This document shows positions 8,269 to 21,147 of a DNA stretch of 64,000 bases, piece after piece. Made by a program: the position numbers and the translations under genes. Numbering within the stretch: the stretch's first letter is position 1; every line of letters starts with the position of its first letter. A model generated the notes under the pieces. The model saw only the letters and a list, made by a program, of their open reading frames with translations, was not told where the DNA came from and made no database searches. Origin of the DNA: Candidatus Latescibacterota bacterium (lineage in GTDB: Bacteria > Latescibacterota > UBA2968 > UBA8231); contig OZ242214.1 in the NCBI GenBank assembly GCA_965206595.1, forward strand, positions 5,472,001 to 5,536,000, given 5' to 3'.

Positions 8269-10083
8269 TCAATCCAGGCGCCTGAAGCCTCCGTACCCGA
8301 ACCGGTCCTCCTCCCCCTCGACGCCCCCCTCGGGGAAGTACTCGTCCCAGCGGGAGGTAACCCGCCGCGTGACCTCCTCGTCGGCCGTCAGCTCGTCCGG
8401 GAAACCCGGCTTCAGCCGGCAATCGAAAACCACGGGAGCGGTGAAGCAGGGGTGGTGCCGGTGCAGGCGGACCTGGGCTGCGCAGATGTCGGCGGCCGGC
8501 TCGAAGCGGGTGAACGCCGTCCACAGAAAGCGGACGTTGCTGGCGGCGATCCCGGAGTCGTCGGCGAGGAAGATCAGCGGCCATTCCGAAACCGCGGGAT
8601 CGGCTGCCAGCCTTTGCCCGTAGTCCGGGTCGGCGGCATACCCGGGGCCGGCGACCACCAGGCATCCGGCGCAGTAAGGCCGGGCTTCCGCGGCCCCGGC
8701 AGGCAGCGGTCCGGTGAACTCGGCGGGGAGGGTGCGATGCGGCTCCCCGACGCCGAGCAGGATCCCCTTGCTGCCTTCGTTCACGGCCGGGCCGGAGTAG
8801 TCGAGGGTGTCCATGGCGAGGTTGGCGATGACGAACAGATCGGTCTCGAAGCGCGTCCGCGCCAGCACGTGCTCCAGCACCTGGCGGAAGTCCCGCAGCT
8901 CGACCCCGGCGCCGTCGAGCACGACCAGGAACTTGGTCAGCGCCAGCTGCCCGCCGTCCTCGCCGAAAATGCGGAAGGCGAACTTCATGGCCTCGCGGGG
9001 ATAGCGCTCTTCCACGCAGATGCTCGACAGGCAGTGGTACCCGGTCTCGCCGTAGCTCCAGATCCCCTTGATCGCCGGCATGACCAGGCTGGTCAGCGGC
9101 TCCATCAGTTTCTGGATGTAGTTGCCGAGGTAGAGGTCCTCCTGCGGCGGCTTGCCGACCACGGTGGCCGGGAAGACGGCGTCGCGCCGGTGGTAGACGT
9201 CCCTGACCTCGAGGACGGGGTAGTCGTGGCGCAGCGAGTAGTACCCGTAATGGTCGCCGAACGGCCCCTCGGGCAGGCGCCTGTGCGGCGGCACGCTGCC
9301 GGTGATGGCGAACTCCGCCTGGGCGAGCAGGGGCAGCGGACCGCCGGGGTCGCGCACCCGCTGGAGCTTGCTGCCCTGCAGCAGGGAGGCGAGCACCAGC
9401 TCCGGCATCCCCTCGGGCAGCGGCGCGATGGCGGCAAGGATCAGGGCCGGAGGCCCGCCGACGAAGATCGCCAGCGGCAGAGCCTCGCGGCGCTGCTCGG
9501 CGACGTGGTAGTGGAATCCGCCCCCCTTCTGGATCTGCCAGTGCACGCCGAGGGTGTGCGGATCGTGACGCTGGATGCGGTATATGCCGAGGTTGTGCTG
9601 GCCGCTGTCCGGGTGCTCGGTGTAGACGAGCGGCAGGGTGATGAAGTGGCCGCCGTCCTCCGGCCAGGTCTTGATAAGCGGCAGGCGCCGCAGGTCGGGG
9701 GAGGACTGCCGGCACTCGAGAACCGGGCCGCGGCGGACGGTGCGCAGCCCCAGCCGCATCCCTTCCCGCGCCAGCCCACGGTAGCCCCAGAGCTTGCGCG
9801 GCGCCAGCGAGGAGAGCTGGTGCGCCACCTCGACCAGCTCTTTAAGGAAGCGCTCCGGCCGCGGTCCGAACGCCAGGTCGACCCGGCGGGAGGTGCCGAA
9901 AAGGTTGGTGGCCGCGGGGAAGTCCGCCCCTTCGACGCGTTCGAACAGCAGCGCCGGTCCGCCCGCGGCGATGACGCGTCGGTGGATTTCGGCCAGCTCG
10001 AGATCGGAGTCGACCGGGGCTTTGACCCGCGCCAGTTCCCCTTCTTTTTCGAGCAGCTGGAGGAAGGATCGGAGGTTGTTCAC
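8269..10083 (-). CDS. UbiD-family (prFMN-dependent) decarboxylase
   Basis: LAEIHRRV, GGPALLF, TWPEDGGHFITLP, NLGIYRIQ, EGPFGDHYGYY and VGKPPQED. Start set at GTG 10083. Confidence 0.92.
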   Translation of the reverse strand: MNNLRSFLQLLEKEGELARVKAPVDSDLELAEIHRRVIAAGGPALLFERVEGADFPAATNLFGTSRRVDLAFGPRPERFLKELVEVAHQLSSLAPRKLWGYRGLAREGMRLGLRTVRRGPVLECRQSSPDLRRLPLIKTWPEDGGHFITLPLVYTEHPDSGQHNLGIYRIQRHDPHTLGVHWQIQKGGGFHYHVAEQRREALPLAIFVGGPPALILAAIAPLPEGMPELVLASLLQGSKLQRVRDPGGPLPLLAQAEFAITGSVPPHRRLPEGPFGDHYGYYSLRHDYPVLEVRDVYHRRDAVFPATVVGKPPQEDLYLGNYIQKLMEPLTSLVMPAIKGIWSYGETGYHCLSSICVEERYPREAMKFAFRIFGEDGGQLALTKFLVVLDGAGVELRDFRQVLEHVLARTRFETDLFVIANLAMDTLDYSGPAVNEGSKGILLGVGEPHRTLPAEFTGPLPAGAAEARPYCAGCLVVAGPGYAADPDYGQRLAADPAVSEWPLIFLADDSGIAASNVRFLWTAFTRFEPAADICAAQVRLHRHHPCFTAPVVFDCRLKPGFPDELTADEEVTRRVTSRWDEYFPEGGVEGEEDRFGYGGFRRLD

Positions 10084-10613
10084 GAGCGGCGTCCCATCGC
10101 TGCAACAGTAGGCAAATCCTCCCTGGCGGCAACGGCTGGCGGGCGCTTCGGGAGGGATTTGCCCGGAACCAGGGCGGATAGAATTCAGTATCGCTGAATG
10201 ACTATCGCAGTCTTTTCGTTGCCCCCGGGGAGAATCCGGGAACGGGCCCGCATACCTGGAGCTGCCACCGAGGGGACATGGAGGGGTGGCATCGTGTGAT
10301 TTACATCTTTCTCCCCGCACTCGACACGATGAATGAAGAAAAGTGCAAGCTGCAAGCCTGGCCGCAGAAAAACATGCGAGAAGGGTTTCTGGATGGCAGT
10401 GGGAATACCGTGGTCGAACAGGGTGGGAACCGGTGCGGAAAAACCCGCTTTGCGGCCTTGATGAGTCACTGCCGGTATCCTACCATCGATAGTTCCCGAT
10501 CGTCCTGAGCGGGGCCTTCGACTCCCTCACTTCCGCACACCATTGAACTCCGGCAGCATGTCTCCCTTCCGCACCGCTGCGTTCATCCGGCCCGCCTCGC
10601 GGCTCCTGCAGGA

Positions 10614-11852
10614 ATGTCCCTCAAGCTGATCCGGCAGGCCCTGAACCGGGGCCGGCCGGCGGGGCGCATGTGGCGGTCCTGCGACCTCGAGCACCGCTAC
10701 GACGTCGTCATCATCGGCGGCGGCGCCCACGGTCTGGCCTGTGCCTACTACCTGGCCAAGGAGCACGGGATCACCGACGTCGCGGTGCTGGAGAAGGGCT
10801 ACATCGGCTCCGGCGGCAGCGGCCGCAACACCGCCATCATCCGCTCGAACTACCTGACCTCGGAAGGGGTGCGCTTCTACGACCGGAGTGTGAAGCTGTA
10901 CGAGAAGCTGTCGGTGGAGCTCGATTTCAACGTCATGTTCTCGCAGCGCGGCCACCTGACCCTCGCCCACAACGACGGCTCGGTGCGGACGATGCGGCGG
11001 CGGGCCGAGGTCAACCGCCTCGAGGGGGTCGACTCCCGTCTCGTCTGGCCGGACGAGCTCGCCAGGCTCTGCCCCCAGCTCGATCTCAGCGACCATCCGC
11101 GCTTCCCGATACTCGCCGCCCTCTACCATCCGCCGGGCGGCATCATACGCCACGACGCCGTGGTCTGGGGGTTCGCCCACCAGGCCGACAGGCGCGGCGT
11201 GCACATTCACCAGCAGACCGAGGTGACCGGCATCGAGGTGCGCGGGGGAGCGGTCGCCGGGGTGCACACCAACCGCGGTTTCGTCGAGGCGGAAACGGTG
11301 CTCAACGCCACCGCGGGCTGGGGCTCCAACATCGCCCGCATGGTCGGGCTCGAGCTGCCGATGGAGACCTTCCCCCTGCAGGCCTGCGTGACCGAGCCGC
11401 TGAAACCGTTTCTCGACGTCGTCGTCGTCTCCGGGAGCCTGCACGTGTACGTCAGCCAGTCCGACCGCGGCGAGCTGGTGATGGGGGCCAGCATCGACCC
11501 GTTCACCTCCTACTCCCTCGACTCCTCCCTCGATTTCCTCGAGGGGATCGCCGGCCATGTGCTGGAGCTGTTCCCGTTCCTCGGCGACGTCAAGATTCTG
11601 CGCCAGTGGGCGGGGCTGTGCGAGATGCCGCCCGACTTCAGCCCCCTGATGGGGATCACCCCGGTCGGCGGCTTTCTCCTCGACGTCGGCTGGGGGAGCT
11701 ACGGCTTCAAGGCCTCCCCGATCTGCGGCAGGACCATGGCAGAGCTGATCGCGACGAAGCGCACCCCGGAGCTGATCGCGGCGTTCCGGCTGTCCCGCTT
11801 CGCCGAGTTCGACCAGGTCAGCGAGAAAGGGGCGGCCGCGGTAGGCCATTGA
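10614..11852 (+). CDS. soxB: Sarcosine oxidase beta subunit / N-methylglutamate dehydrogenase subunit (FAD-dependent)
   Basis: YDVVIIGGGAHGLA, GRNTAIIRSNY, RHDAVVWG and a C-terminal EKGAAAVGH. Confidence 0.9.
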   Translation: MSLKLIRQALNRGRPAGRMWRSCDLEHRYDVVIIGGGAHGLACAYYLAKEHGITDVAVLEKGYIGSGGSGRNTAIIRSNYLTSEGVRFYDRSVKLYEKLSVELDFNVMFSQRGHLTLAHNDGSVRTMRRRAEVNRLEGVDSRLVWPDELARLCPQLDLSDHPRFPILAALYHPPGGIIRHDAVVWGFAHQADRRGVHIHQQTEVTGIEVRGGAVAGVHTNRGFVEAETVLNATAGWGSNIARMVGLELPMETFPLQACVTEPLKPFLDVVVVSGSLHVYVSQSDRGELVMGASIDPFTSYSLDSSLDFLEGIAGHVLELFPFLGDVKILRQWAGLCEMPPDFSPLMGITPVGGFLLDVGWGSYGFKASPICGRTMAELIATKRTPELIAAFRLSRFAEFDQVSEKGAAAVGH

Positions 11853-11856
11853 CGCG

Positions 11857-12132
11857 ATGCTGCTGATCCCCTGTCCCAACTGCGGCGAGCGCAACGCCAG
11901 CGAGTTCCGCTACGGCGGCGAGAGCCGCCAGCGCCCGTCCCGGCCCGAGGAGATCCCCGAGGATGAGTGGATCCGCTATCTCTATCTGCGCGCCAACCCC
12001 CTGGGTCCGCAGACCGAGTGGTGGCTGCACGCGTCCGGGTGCGGCCTGTGGTTCCTCCTCGAGCGCGACCGCCAGAGCAACGAGGTGATCCGTGCCTGGG
12101 AATGGCAGCCTTCGGAGGGTGAGGATGGCTGA
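11857..12132 (+). CDS. soxD: Sarcosine oxidase delta subunit
   Basis: MLLIPCPNCGER..EFRYGGE and EWWLHASGCGLWF zinc-binding motifs. Confidence 0.92.
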   Translation: MLLIPCPNCGERNASEFRYGGESRQRPSRPEEIPEDEWIRYLYLRANPLGPQTEWWLHASGCGLWFLLERDRQSNEVIRAWEWQPSEGEDG

Positions 12133-15127
12133 TCCCCTGCCCACCGGCGGCTGGCCCCTGCGGCAGCCGGAGGCCCGTTCCGGCGAGGTGATTGACCGTT
12201 CCGGGCTGGTCGAGTTCACCTTCGACGGGGTGAACTACCGCGCCCATCCCGGCGACACCATCGGCTCGGCGCTGGCCGCCGCGGGGGTGAAGACGCTCAG
12301 CCGCTCGTTCAAGTACCACCGCCCACGCGGCCTGCTCTGCTGCGCCGGCCACTGCCCGAACTGCCTGGTGCAGATCGCCGGCGAGCCCAACGTGCGCGCC
12401 TGCCGGCGGCCGGTCGAGGCGGGAATGGAGGTGCGCTCCCAGAACGCCTGGCCCTCGCTCGACCGCGACCTCATGTCACTCGCCGCGTTCGCGGCGCCCC
12501 TCATGCCGGCCGGGTTCTACTACAAGACCTTCATCAGGCCGGCGTGGATGTGGCCGCTCTACGAGCGGGTGCTGCGCAACGCCGCCGGGCTCGGTACGGC
12601 GGACACGGAGGCGGAGCCCGGAGAGAGCGACAAGCAGTACCTGCACACCGACGTCGCGGTAGTCGGCGCCGGTCCCGCGGGAATCGCCGCGGCGGCGGCC
12701 GCCGCCGCGGAGGGGGCGCGGGTGTTGCTGTTCGACGAGAACCCCGAAGCGGGCGGGCACCTGCGCTACCGCCGCGGGGGAGTGCCCGGCGACGGTGCGG
12801 TGCGGACCGCGCTTTTGGAGCTCGAGCGCGCCGAAAATGCCGCCCTCCACCTCGACACCGCGGTCGTCGGCTGGTACCAGGACAACTGGCTGGCGGCCTT
12901 CCGGGGAAACCGCCTGCTGAAGATCCGCGCCCGCGCCATCGTCGTCGCCGCCGGCGCGGTGGAATCTCCGCCGGTTTTCGCCAACAACGACCTCCCCGGC
13001 ATCCTGCTCGCCGCCGGCGCACAGCGGCTGCTGCATCTGCACGGGGTGCTTCCCGGCAGGCGGACCGTCGTCGAGGCGGGGGACGACGAGGGCTGGCGGC
13101 TGGCCGCGGAGCTGCGCGCGGCCGGCGTCGAGATCGCCGCCCTCGTCGACGAGAGGGAGGCCGTGGCCAACGAGTTCGAGTCGGCCCTGCGGGCCGCGGG
13201 GGTCGCCGTTCACCTCGGCAGCCGGATCACCGGGGCGCGCGGCCGCGGATCGGTGCAGGCCGCCCTGGTTGGGCCGGCCGCGGCCGCGGCAGCCGGAGCC
13301 GGGGCGGTTGAAGCAGCCGCCGGGCCAGCCGAAGCAGCCGATCCGGTCGCTTCCGGAGCTGCCCAAGGGGCCGCCACCGGGGACGGCCCGACGATCGCAG
13401 TGGCCTGCGATTCCATCCTTCTCAGGGGCCGCGCCGCCCCTGCCAACGAACTGCTGTTCATGGCCGGTGCCCGCGGCCGTTTCGACGACGAGGCGGGGGA
13501 ATTTCGCCTCGGAGAGCTGTCCGCCGGCCTCTTCAACGCCGGCCGCTGCCGCGGGGTCGAGGGCGCCGAAGCCCAGGTCGCGGACGGGGCCGCCGCGGGA
13601 CGGGCGGCCGCGGCATATGCCCGCACTCCTGAAGGCGCCGGTTCGCCGCCCTGGCAGGGGTCGGCAACGCCGCCCCCGACAGCTCCCGCAAAGACTCCGG
13701 CCCCGCTGCCTCCCTGCGCCGGCAAGCGCTTCGTCTGCCTGTGCGAGGACGTCACCGACGAAGACGTCGCCACCGCTATCGCCGAAGGCTACGACAGCGT
13801 CGAGTTGCTGAAGCGCTACACCACCGTGTCGATGGGCCCCTGCCAGGGGAAGATGTGCGCCCTCAACAGTCTCGAGCAGGCCGGGCGGGAGCTCGGCCGT
13901 GCCGTCGCCGATCTAGGCAGGACGACCTCGCGGCCGCCGGTGGTCCCGGTGTCCCTCGGCGCTCTCGCCGGGCAGCGGATGGAGCCGGTGCAGGTGTCGC
14001 CGCTGCACGAGTGGCATCTCGACAACGGCGCCCGAATGATGGTGGCCGGGCTGTGGCTGCGTCCCGAGCAGTACGGAGACCCGGTGGAGGAGGTGCGCGC
14101 CGTGCGGGAGCGCGCCGGACTCATCGACGTCAGTCCGCTCGGCAAGCTGCAGCTCTCCGGCCCCGGGGTGCCCGGGCTTCTCGACCGGCTCTACGTCAAC
14201 CAGTGGCGGGACCTGCGCCGTGGCCGGGTGCGCTACGGCATCATGTGCAACGACGAGGGGGTCGTCATCGACGACGGGGTCTGCGCCCGCCTCTCCGAGG
14301 AGGAGTGGTACATGAGCACGACCTCGGCCGGGGCGGGAAACGTGCTGGAGTGGATCGAGTGGTGGCGCCAGTCCGGGTGGGGAGAAGGGGTGCAGGTCGC
14401 CGACTTGACCGAAACCAACGCCGCCTTCAATCTTGCCGGTCCGCGCTCGCGGGAGCTGCTTTCCCGGCTCACCGAACGCGACCTCCGCAACGACAGATTT
14501 CCCTACATGCGGGGGCGCCGCGCCGAGGTAGCCGGGGTGCCCTGCCTGCTGTTGCGCATCGGCTTCACCGGGGAGCTGTCGTACGAGATTCACTGTCCTG
14601 CGGGGTTTGCGCGCTACCTGTGGGAACGGCTCCTGGAACAAGGGAAAGAGCTCGGCATCCGGCCCTTCGGCGTCGAGGCCCAGCGCGTCCTGCGTCTCGA
14701 AAAGGGGCACCTCATCGTCGGCCAGGATACCGATGCCCTGTCGGACCCGATCGCCGCGGACGCCGGCTGGGCGGTCAAGCTGGAGAAGCCGGATTTCCTC
14801 GGAAAGCGGGCCTTGGCGCGGGTCGCCGCGGAGGGACCGCGGCAACGGCTCACCGGCTTCGTGATGAAGGAGCGCAACCCCGTGCCGGAAGAAGGGATGC
14901 AGATCGTCGAGAGCAACGGCCGCGGCCGTCCGGAGATCATCGGCTGGGTGACCTCCTGCCGCGTCAGCCCCACCCTCGGGGATACCATCGGCCTCTGCTG
15001 GCTGCCGGCGGCGCTTGCCGCCCGCGAGGGGGAGACGTTCAGCATCGACTGCGGCGGCAGGCTGGCGGAAGCCCGCGTCCACCACGGCTCGTTCTACGAC
15101 CCGGCCGGCGAGCGGCTGAGGAGCTGA
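12125..15127 (+). CDS. soxA: Sarcosine oxidase alpha subunit (Fe-S + FAD/NAD + GcvT-like folate-binding domains)
   Basis: RSFKYHRPRGL, CPNCLVQ, LKRYTTVSMGPCQGK, DVSPLGK, RIGFTGELSYE and LRLEKGH. Confidence 0.9.
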   Translation: MADPLPTGGWPLRQPEARSGEVIDRSGLVEFTFDGVNYRAHPGDTIGSALAAAGVKTLSRSFKYHRPRGLLCCAGHCPNCLVQIAGEPNVRACRRPVEAGMEVRSQNAWPSLDRDLMSLAAFAAPLMPAGFYYKTFIRPAWMWPLYERVLRNAAGLGTADTEAEPGESDKQYLHTDVAVVGAGPAGIAAAAAAAAEGARVLLFDENPEAGGHLRYRRGGVPGDGAVRTALLELERAENAALHLDTAVVGWYQDNWLAAFRGNRLLKIRARAIVVAAGAVESPPVFANNDLPGILLAAGAQRLLHLHGVLPGRRTVVEAGDDEGWRLAAELRAAGVEIAALVDEREAVANEFESALRAAGVAVHLGSRITGARGRGSVQAALVGPAAAAAAGAGAVEAAAGPAEAADPVASGAAQGAATGDGPTIAVACDSILLRGRAAPANELLFMAGARGRFDDEAGEFRLGELSAGLFNAGRCRGVEGAEAQVADGAAAGRAAAAYARTPEGAGSPPWQGSATPPPTAPAKTPAPLPPCAGKRFVCLCEDVTDEDVATAIAEGYDSVELLKRYTTVSMGPCQGKMCALNSLEQAGRELGRAVADLGRTTSRPPVVPVSLGALAGQRMEPVQVSPLHEWHLDNGARMMVAGLWLRPEQYGDPVEEVRAVRERAGLIDVSPLGKLQLSGPGVPGLLDRLYVNQWRDLRRGRVRYGIMCNDEGVVIDDGVCARLSEEEWYMSTTSAGAGNVLEWIEWWRQSGWGEGVQVADLTETNAAFNLAGPRSRELLSRLTERDLRNDRFPYMRGRRAEVAGVPCLLLRIGFTGELSYEIHCPAGFARYLWERLLEQGKELGIRPFGVEAQRVLRLEKGHLIVGQDTDALSDPIAADAGWAVKLEKPDFLGKRALARVAAEGPRQRLTGFVMKERNPVPEEGMQIVESNGRGRPEIIGWVTSCRVSPTLGDTIGLCWLPAALAAREGETFSIDCGGRLAEARVHHGSFYDPAGERLRS

Positions 15128-15129
15128 TC

Positions 15130-15819
15130 ATGGCCGCAACCGCCCTTTTACCCCTGCATTCCCGCCTGCAGTCGCTCGACGCGGAATTCGCCGAGCGCGA
15201 CGGCTGGCAGGTGGCCGAGCGCTTCCCGGAAGCGGCGCCGGATACCGCCGCCCTGGGGGTGGCGATCGCCGACGAGTCGGCCAACGGCAAGCTCCAGGTT
15301 CAGGGTGAGGACGCCGAAGGATTGGTTCGCAGCGCCTTTGAGACCCCGGCGCCTGCGGTGGGGAAGAGCGCATCCATCGAGGCCTTGGGGCCGGGCCGCG
15401 TCTGCCGCCTGCGCCGCGACCTGTTCTTCATCGGCAGCGCCCCCGCGGCGGCCGCGACGGCGCTGGATCGCCTGCGGGAACTGCGTGTCGCGGAAAAAGC
15501 AGGGGCGGCGCTGACCGATCTCACCCACGGCCGCAGCGAGCTGCGCCTGGTGGGACCGGCCGCCCCGGAGCTGTTGTCCAAGGTCTGCGGGCTCGACTTC
15601 GACCCGGGGCGCTTCCTCGACGGCGACGCCCGCCAGGGCAGTGTCGCCAAAACGAGGCAGCTGATCGTTCGCGGCGACATCGGCGGCCTGCCCTCGTACT
15701 CCCTGATCGGAGGGAGGTCCCTCGGCCCCTACCTCTGGGACACGCTGATGCAGGCGGGGGCGGAGTTCGCGCTAGCACCCCTCGGCCTGCGGGACTTGCA
15801 GGCGCTGAGCCCGCTTTGA
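15130..15819 (+). CDS. soxG: Sarcosine oxidase gamma subunit (GcvT-like)
   Basis: DLTHGRSELRLVGP, LLSKVCGLDF and YLWDTL; fourth gene of the operon, ATG 15130. Confidence 0.85.
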   Translation: MAATALLPLHSRLQSLDAEFAERDGWQVAERFPEAAPDTAALGVAIADESANGKLQVQGEDAEGLVRSAFETPAPAVGKSASIEALGPGRVCRLRRDLFFIGSAPAAAATALDRLRELRVAEKAGAALTDLTHGRSELRLVGPAAPELLSKVCGLDFDPGRFLDGDARQGSVAKTRQLIVRGDIGGLPSYSLIGGRSLGPYLWDTLMQAGAEFALAPLGLRDLQALSPL

Positions 15820-15936
15820 CCGGCGAGGTCCTGGATGCGGGAGCAAGGGGGGGGGCCGCGGCGCAAATGGACTTTGTCGCGGGAACCTGGAGACGCACAA
15901 GTTTAAATCATCAAAAAACAAACATGGGAGATCGTC

Positions 15937-17271
15937 ATGACCGTTGATGAAGTGCGCGCACTGACAGCCGACAGGGGGATCGAGTTCTTCCTCTGTTCCT
16001 TCGTCGAGATGGGCGGAGCCCCCAAGGCGAAGCTCGTGCCGGTTTCCAACCTTGACGAGATGGCCTCGGAAGGGGCGGGGTTCGCCGGCTTCGCGGTCGG
16101 CAACATGAACCAGGGCCCGCACAGCCCGGAGATGGCCAACATCCCCGACTTCGACTCGCTGACCGTGCTGCCCTGGCGCCGGGAGATGGCCTGGGTCGCC
16201 GGCAACATCCAGGTCGAAGGGGAGCCGTACGACTACTGCCCGCGCACGATTCTGCAGCGCCAGCTCGAGCGCGCCCGCGAGCGCGGGCTGCTGTTCAACG
16301 TCGGCGTCGAGGCGGAGTTCCTGCTGCTGGCGCGGGACGAGGACGGCACCTGCCGCCCGTACGATCCCCTCGACGTGCTCGACAAGCCCTGCTACGACCT
16401 GATGACCCTGAACCGCAACTTCGACTTCATGACCACCCTGATCCGCCACCTGCAGGAGCTGGGCTGGGGGCCGTACGCGAACGACCACGAGGACGCCAAC
16501 TGCCAGTTCGAGATCAACTGGGAGTACGCGACGGCGATGGAAACCGCCGACCGCCACATCTTCTACCGCTGGATGGTCAAGGTGCTCGCCGAGGAGCAGG
16601 GCTTGCTGGCGACCTTCATGCCCAAGCCCTTCTCCCACCTGACCGGCTCGGGCGCCCATTACCACATGAGTCTCTGGGACCTCGACAACAGCACCAACCT
16701 GTTCGAGGACCTGAACGACCGGGCCGGCCTGTCGCAGATGGCCTACCACTTCATGGGCGGCATCCTCGCCCATGCCCGCGCCCTGGCCGCGGTCGGCGCT
16801 CCCCTGGTCAACAGCTACAAGCGGCTGGTGCGCAACCACCCGCGCTCGGGCGCCTCCTGGGCCCCGGTCTACGTCACCTACGGCGGCTCCAACCGCACCC
16901 AGATGATCCGCATACCCGGACCGGGGCGCATCGAGAACCGCTTCGTCGACGGCGCCGCCAACCCCTACCTCGCCTGCGCCGCGATGCTGGCGGCCGGGCT
17001 CGACGGCATCGACAACGGAACCGACCCGGGGGAGCGCAACGAGGACAACCTCTACGAGGTTCCTGAGGCGGAGCTGCGGGAACGGGGCATCGATTTCCTG
17101 CCCGCGACCTTGAGCGAGGCCTGCGACTGCCTCGAGCAGGACGACGTCGTCAGGCAGGCGCTCGGCACGGACTACGCCGACTACTACATCGAGTGCAAGC
17201 GGGAGGAGTGGCGGGAGTACCACGACTTCGTCAGCCAGTGGGAACGCGACCGCTACCTGCCGGTGCACTGA
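15937..17271 (+). CDS. glnT: Type III glutamate-ammonia ligase / gamma-glutamylmethylamide synthetase (GmaS-like)
   Basis: [14 protein letters not shown]-terminus, [30 protein letters not shown] and DGAANPYL. Confidence 0.85.
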   Translation: MTVDEVRALTADRGIEFFLCSFVEMGGAPKAKLVPVSNLDEMASEGAGFAGFAVGNMNQGPHSPEMANIPDFDSLTVLPWRREMAWVAGNIQVEGEPYDYCPRTILQRQLERARERGLLFNVGVEAEFLLLARDEDGTCRPYDPLDVLDKPCYDLMTLNRNFDFMTTLIRHLQELGWGPYANDHEDANCQFEINWEYATAMETADRHIFYRWMVKVLAEEQGLLATFMPKPFSHLTGSGAHYHMSLWDLDNSTNLFEDLNDRAGLSQMAYHFMGGILAHARALAAVGAPLVNSYKRLVRNHPRSGASWAPVYVTYGGSNRTQMIRIPGPGRIENRFVDGAANPYLACAAMLAAGLDGIDNGTDPGERNEDNLYEVPEAELRERGIDFLPATLSEACDCLEQDDVVRQALGTDYADYYIECKREEWREYHDFVSQWERDRYLPVH

Positions 17272-17323
17272 AGCGGCCGGCGGCGTTTCCGCGGCTTTTC
17301 GGCCGCGGCGAGGGAGGACCACC

Positions 17324-20008
<2,685 letters not shown>

Positions 20009-20079
20009 CCCCCGGCATCGGCCTTCGCCGTAACCGGCCCCGAGGGGTCACCCGCTTCCATGTCGGGAAGGAGCAACCC

Positions 20080-21147
20080 ATGCAGCGGGAAAGACTCGAA
20101 GAAGCAGAGTCGCTCTATCGTGGCCTGTTCGAGGAATCGCACGACGCCCTTCTCATCACCGAGCGGGACGGGACCATCGTCGCCGCCAACGCCGCGGCCG
20201 CTGCCCTGTTCGGCTATGAGGGCGCCGAGCTGACCGGCTTCGACATCCGCAGGCTCTACCTGAATCCCGACGACCGCGCGCGCTTCCAGGAAGCGATCGA
20301 GGGCGCCGGGTTCGTGCGCGACTTCGAGGTCGCCTTCCGCGCCCGCGACGGCCGCCGCCTCGACTGCCTGTTGACGACTGCGGTCCGGCGAGGCGCGGAC
20401 GGCACCGTAACCGGCTACCAGGGCATCATCCACGACGTCACCGAACGCCGGCGCATGGAGAAGCGGCTGCGCGATTACCAACGCAGGCTGCGCTCGCTCA
20501 CGCTCGAGCTCTCCATGAACGCGGAACGGGAGCGGGCGCGCATCGCCGCAGGCCTCCACGACGGCGTCCTGCAGCAGGTGGTGGCGGCGCAATTCAAGCT
20601 CAAGGCACTGCAGCGCAGCGGGGACCGCGAGGAAGGCCTGATCGCCGACCTGCGGGACCTGCTCGATCAGATGGCTCACGACCTCCGCTCCATGACCTTC
20701 GACCTCAGTCCCCCGGTGCTCCGCAGGCTCGGCCTGGTACCCGGCCTGCAGTGGCTCGGCGAACAGATCGAGGACCTGCACGGGCTGGCGGTGGACCTGG
20801 CGGCCGAAGGGGACTGCGCGGTTCCCGACCCCGACATGCGTGCGCTTGCGTTCCGGTGCATCCGCGAGCTGCTCCGCAATGTGGCGAGGCACGCCGATAC
20901 GGACCGGGCGCGCGTCTTCCTGCGTGGCGACGAGACGCATCTGCAGGTGGCGGTAGAGGATGAGGGGGAGGGCTTCGACAGCGGACACGATTTCGCCGCA
21001 GGCAGCCACTTCGGCCTGTTCAGCATAAGGGAACGGGTGACCCTTGTCGGCGGCTGTTTCAAAATCGAGGCGGCGCCGGGGAAAGGGACGCGCTGTCTGC
21101 TGGCGATCCCGTTCTCCCCGTCCAGACAGGAGGACGGTGCTCAATGA
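20080..21147 (+). CDS. PAS-domain sensor histidine kinase (NarX/UhpB-like HisKA_3), cytoplasmic
   Basis: PAS domain (YRGLFEESHDALLI...GIIHDVTER), H-box ERARIAAGLHD, ELLRNVARH and DEGEGFD..FGLFSIRER. ATG 20080 follows AAGGAG. Confidence 0.92.
   Translation: MQRERLEEAESLYRGLFEESHDALLITERDGTIVAANAAAAALFGYEGAELTGFDIRRLYLNPDDRARFQEAIEGAGFVRDFEVAFRARDGRRLDCLLTTAVRRGADGTVTGYQGIIHDVTERRRMEKRLRDYQRRLRSLTLELSMNAERERARIAAGLHDGVLQQVVAAQFKLKALQRSGDREEGLIADLRDLLDQMAHDLRSMTFDLSPPVLRRLGLVPGLQWLGEQIEDLHGLAVDLAAEGDCAVPDPDMRALAFRCIRELLRNVARHADTDRARVFLRGDETHLQVAVEDEGEGFDSGHDFAAGSHFGLFSIRERVTLVGGCFKIEAAPGKGTRCLLAIPFSPSRQEDGAQ

Noticed and set aside
13741-15819. 692-aa ORF overlapping soxA
   Set aside because: Only the last 229 aa (from ATG 15130) are the gamma subunit; the rest is a shadow frame.
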